A stretch of 63,013 nucleotides of DNA, filler included, from Octopus bimaculoides (Eukaryota): NCBI RefSeq assembly GCF_001194135.2. It is 5 parts of 5 records of this genome, joined end to end, with 100 filler letters (N's around TTAATTAATTAA, not from the genome) between each part and the next. Parts side by side here need not be neighbours in the genome. Positions count along the whole stretch, not along the records: positions 48,979 to 60,941 come from NC_068996.1; positions 61,042 to 63,013 come from NW_026308443.1; 3 more parts are not named here. One strand, 5' to 3'. The stretch's first letter is position 1, and each line of letters begins with the position of its first letter. The position numbers were made by a program, and so were the translations under genes. This document shows, one piece after another, positions 60,394-63,013 of the stretch. A model generated the notes under the pieces. That model had not been told where the DNA came from, did no database searches, and worked only from the letters and a program-made list of their open reading frames with translations.

Positions 60394-61379
60394 CCGTCTC
60401 TCCACTTCCAAATATTTTGAATGTATGATTCAGCGTTGTTTTGAAATTATCCGGTATGAGCATGTGAGTGTATGCACGCTCGTATATGTGCACGCTCGTA
60501 TGTGTGCGTGCTTATATGTAAGCATGTGCATCCATATGTGTTTGTTCAATTTCATTCATATCAGATATGATAGAGACTTTGGACTTGGTTTTGGTTTTCT
60601 CTCTGTTATTTTCCGCGTAAATGCATCCTTTCATTTTCACGTTCACGTTCTGTATTTTATGTGTGAACAACATCTGCAACCATGGGTAATTGTAAGGCTG
60701 TTATCTACATGTAATTGCTATTCAAAATTGGTCGTGTTTCAGCTATGAGGACTGACTCTTGTATTTGCCGTAACGATGCGTCATCGGGGTGTCTAGACAA
60801 GATTTCTATGCTAATTCGGTCCAGTACACCACCATGTTGTTCTTTGGCATGCTGGTAGAGCACCGAGGTTTGTTTGTGATTCTTGTAGTCCCTCCAATGT
60901 TCATTTACACACTCAGTCAAACTTATCGCCGTTTCTTCTATNNNNNNNNNNNNNNNNNNNNNNNNNNNNNNNNNNNNNNNNNNNNTTAATTAATTAANNN
61001 NNNNNNNNNNNNNNNNNNNNNNNNNNNNNNNNNNNNNNNNNATGTATGTATGTATGTATGTATGTATGCATGCATGTATGTATGCATGTATCAGTGTGTG
61101 TTTGCGCCTGTCCTCCACCACTGTTTAGCGACCGATGGTGGTTTCTTTACATCTTCGAAAATTGGAGGTTTGGCAAAAAGAGGCCGATAGATTAAGTACA
61201 AGACTTTAAAAAAATAATGTACTGGGGCCAAATTTTTCGATTGAACCCTTCAAGGCGGTACCCAAGCATGGCTGCTGTCTAATGACTACAACAAGTAAAA
61301 AATGAAAGATGAAAGATAAGTGTTTGTATCTATACGTACATACATATGTGTGCGTGTGTGTAGAGATAAAACAGGAAGA

Positions 61380-61428
<49 letters not shown>

Positions 61429-62403
61429 CTTGATGGATACATATATATATATACNNNNNNNNNNNNNNNNNNNNNNNNNNNNNNNNNNNNNNNNNNNNNN
61501 NNNNNNNNNNNNNNNNNNNNNNNNNNNNNNNNNNNNNNNNNNNNNNNNNNNNNNNNNNNNNNNNNNNNNNNNNNNNNNNNNNNNNNNNNNNNNNNNNNNN
61601 NNNNNNNNNNNNNNNNNNNNNNNNNNNNNNNNNNNNNNNNNNNNNNNNNNNNNNNNNNNNNNNNNNNNNNNNNNNNNNNNNNNNNNNNNNNNNNNNNNNN
61701 NNNNNNNNNNNNNNNNNNNNNNNNNNNNNNNNNNNNNNNNNNNNNNNNNNNNNNNNNNNNNNNNNNNNNNNNNNNNNNNNNNNNNNNNNNNNNNNNNNNN
61801 NNNNNNNNNNNNNNNNNNNNNNNNNNNNNNNNNNNNNNNNNNNNNNNNNNNNNNNNNNNNNNNNNNNNNNNNNNNNNNNNNNNNNNNNNNNNNNNNNNNN
61901 NNNNNNNNNNNNNNNNNNNNNNNNNNNNNNNNNNNNNNNNNNNNNNNNNNNNNNNNNNNNNNNNNNNNNNNNNNNNNNNNNNNNNNNNNNNNNNNNNNNN
62001 NNNNNNNNNNNNNNNNNNNNNNNNNNNNNNNNNNNNNNNNNNNNNNNNNNNNNNNNNNNNNNNNNNNNNNNNNNNNNNNNNNNNNNNNNNNNNNNNNNNN
62101 NNNNNNNNNNNNNNNNNNNNNNNNNNNNNNNNNNNNNNNNNNNNNNNNNNNNNNNNNNNNNNNNNNNNNNNNNNNNNNNNNNNNNNNNNNNNNNNNNNNN
62201 NNNNNNNNNNNNNNNNNNNNNNNNNNNNNNNNNNNNNNNNNNNNNNNNNNNNNNNNNNNNNNNNNNNNNNNNNNNNNNNNNNNNNNNNNNNNNNNNNNNN
62301 NNNNNNNNNNNNNNNNNNNNNNNNNNNNNNNNNNNNNNNNNNNNNNNNNNNNNNNNNNNNNNNTATATATATATATATAGGTGTGTGTGTGTGTGTGTGT
62401 GTC

Positions 62404-62435
<32 letters not shown>

Positions 62436-62855
62436 ATACAAGATGAGACTAGAACACAAAATATCCAGACAGTTAGGTGATACAAGAAAGAGACAATAAA
62501 ACATCCAGACAGACGATACAAAGAAAACAAGGACGGGTCATTCGGAGTTTTCTTTCTTCAGTCGAGTTCCAGATTATCTTTGCAATTTCGGCTAGTTATA
62601 CTCGAGATTGCTCTAATCTGGCCAGCCCCAAGGAAAAACTAAGCTAAGAGCATCAGATACCCTGGAAGAAAGCAGGGAATGTATACAAAAACAAGGACGG
62701 GAAAAAATAAATGAAAAATATTACGTAAATACAATAAAAATGATAAAAGGATATAACAACAGGTATCTTTCGAGTAAGAACGAATTAAATTAAGCTGGCG
62801 TGTGTAGAAATAAAACCTTACGGCAGGGATACATGATTTTACAGGCACAGGCGTA

Positions 62856-63013
62856 GGAGTGGCTGTGTGGTAAGTAGTTTGCTTACGAACCACATGGTTC
62901 CGGGTTCAGTCCCACTGCGTTTCACCTTGGGCATGTGTGTTCTACTATAGCATGGGCTCGACGAAAGCCTTGTGAGTGGATTTGGGAGACAGAAACTGAA
63001 AGAAGCCCGTCGT
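62856..63013 (+). mobile_element. Family-B SINE head, truncated by the window end
   Basis: Near-identical to 22287-22445. Confidence 0.9.

Larger units (their letters stand above)
54750..60941 (-). mobile_element. Near-complete Penelope-like element with upstream and downstream pseudo-LTRs
   Basis: ORF relic 58460->55670: ALGLLPKYAV...IDKTFTKIRW, PTDLPFNKR, QGAAIGVSMAG...GRYVDDI, GETARSLAERI...LYQHAKEQH...LRQIRES. 54750-55860 is repeated at 60180-60941. Confidence 0.85.

Noticed and set aside
62531-62635. Minus CTGAAGA...TCCGAA motif and the 8-bp CCAGATTA/TAATCTGG stem
   Set aside because: A15.1, the stem II base and stem I pairing are missing in the first; the second lacks a CUGANGA core. 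At most a heavily decayed relic.

Overview
Eukaryotic, AT-rich, repeat-dominated DNA. The SINE families and microsatellite load look cephalopod (Octopus-like); this is inferred from recalled repeat families, not from a search. About a fifth of the window is N-gap. Four 100-bp joins (44 N + TTAATTAATTAA + 44 N) show that five separately assembled blocks were concatenated, so adjacency across them is unproven. No intact host gene is recognisable. Contents: a decayed full-length Ty3/Gypsy element with both LTRs (11490-16361, minus); Tc1, mariner and pogo/Tigger relics; several MITEs; a THAP+SAP two-ORF TIR transposon (41295-42605); RTE and R4/Dong-type LINE fragments; four tRNA-SINE families; and at least three Penelope-like element (PLE) families. 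The most notable signal is a cluster of minimal type I hammerhead ribozyme motifs read directly from the sequence between 50.5 and 60.4 kb (50499-50535 +; 50710-50803, 53138-53205, 53562-53640, 55042-55085 and 60353-60393 -). Most have palindromic stem III; one pair shows compensatory stem I changes, and another pair lies in a ~430-bp tandem array fused to a truncated PLE RT. Other leads: an R4-type LINE that appears to target (CATA)n, an RTE copy with a 5' inversion, a CpG island bracketed by inverted TIR elements, and a 158-aa hydrophobic orphan ORF.
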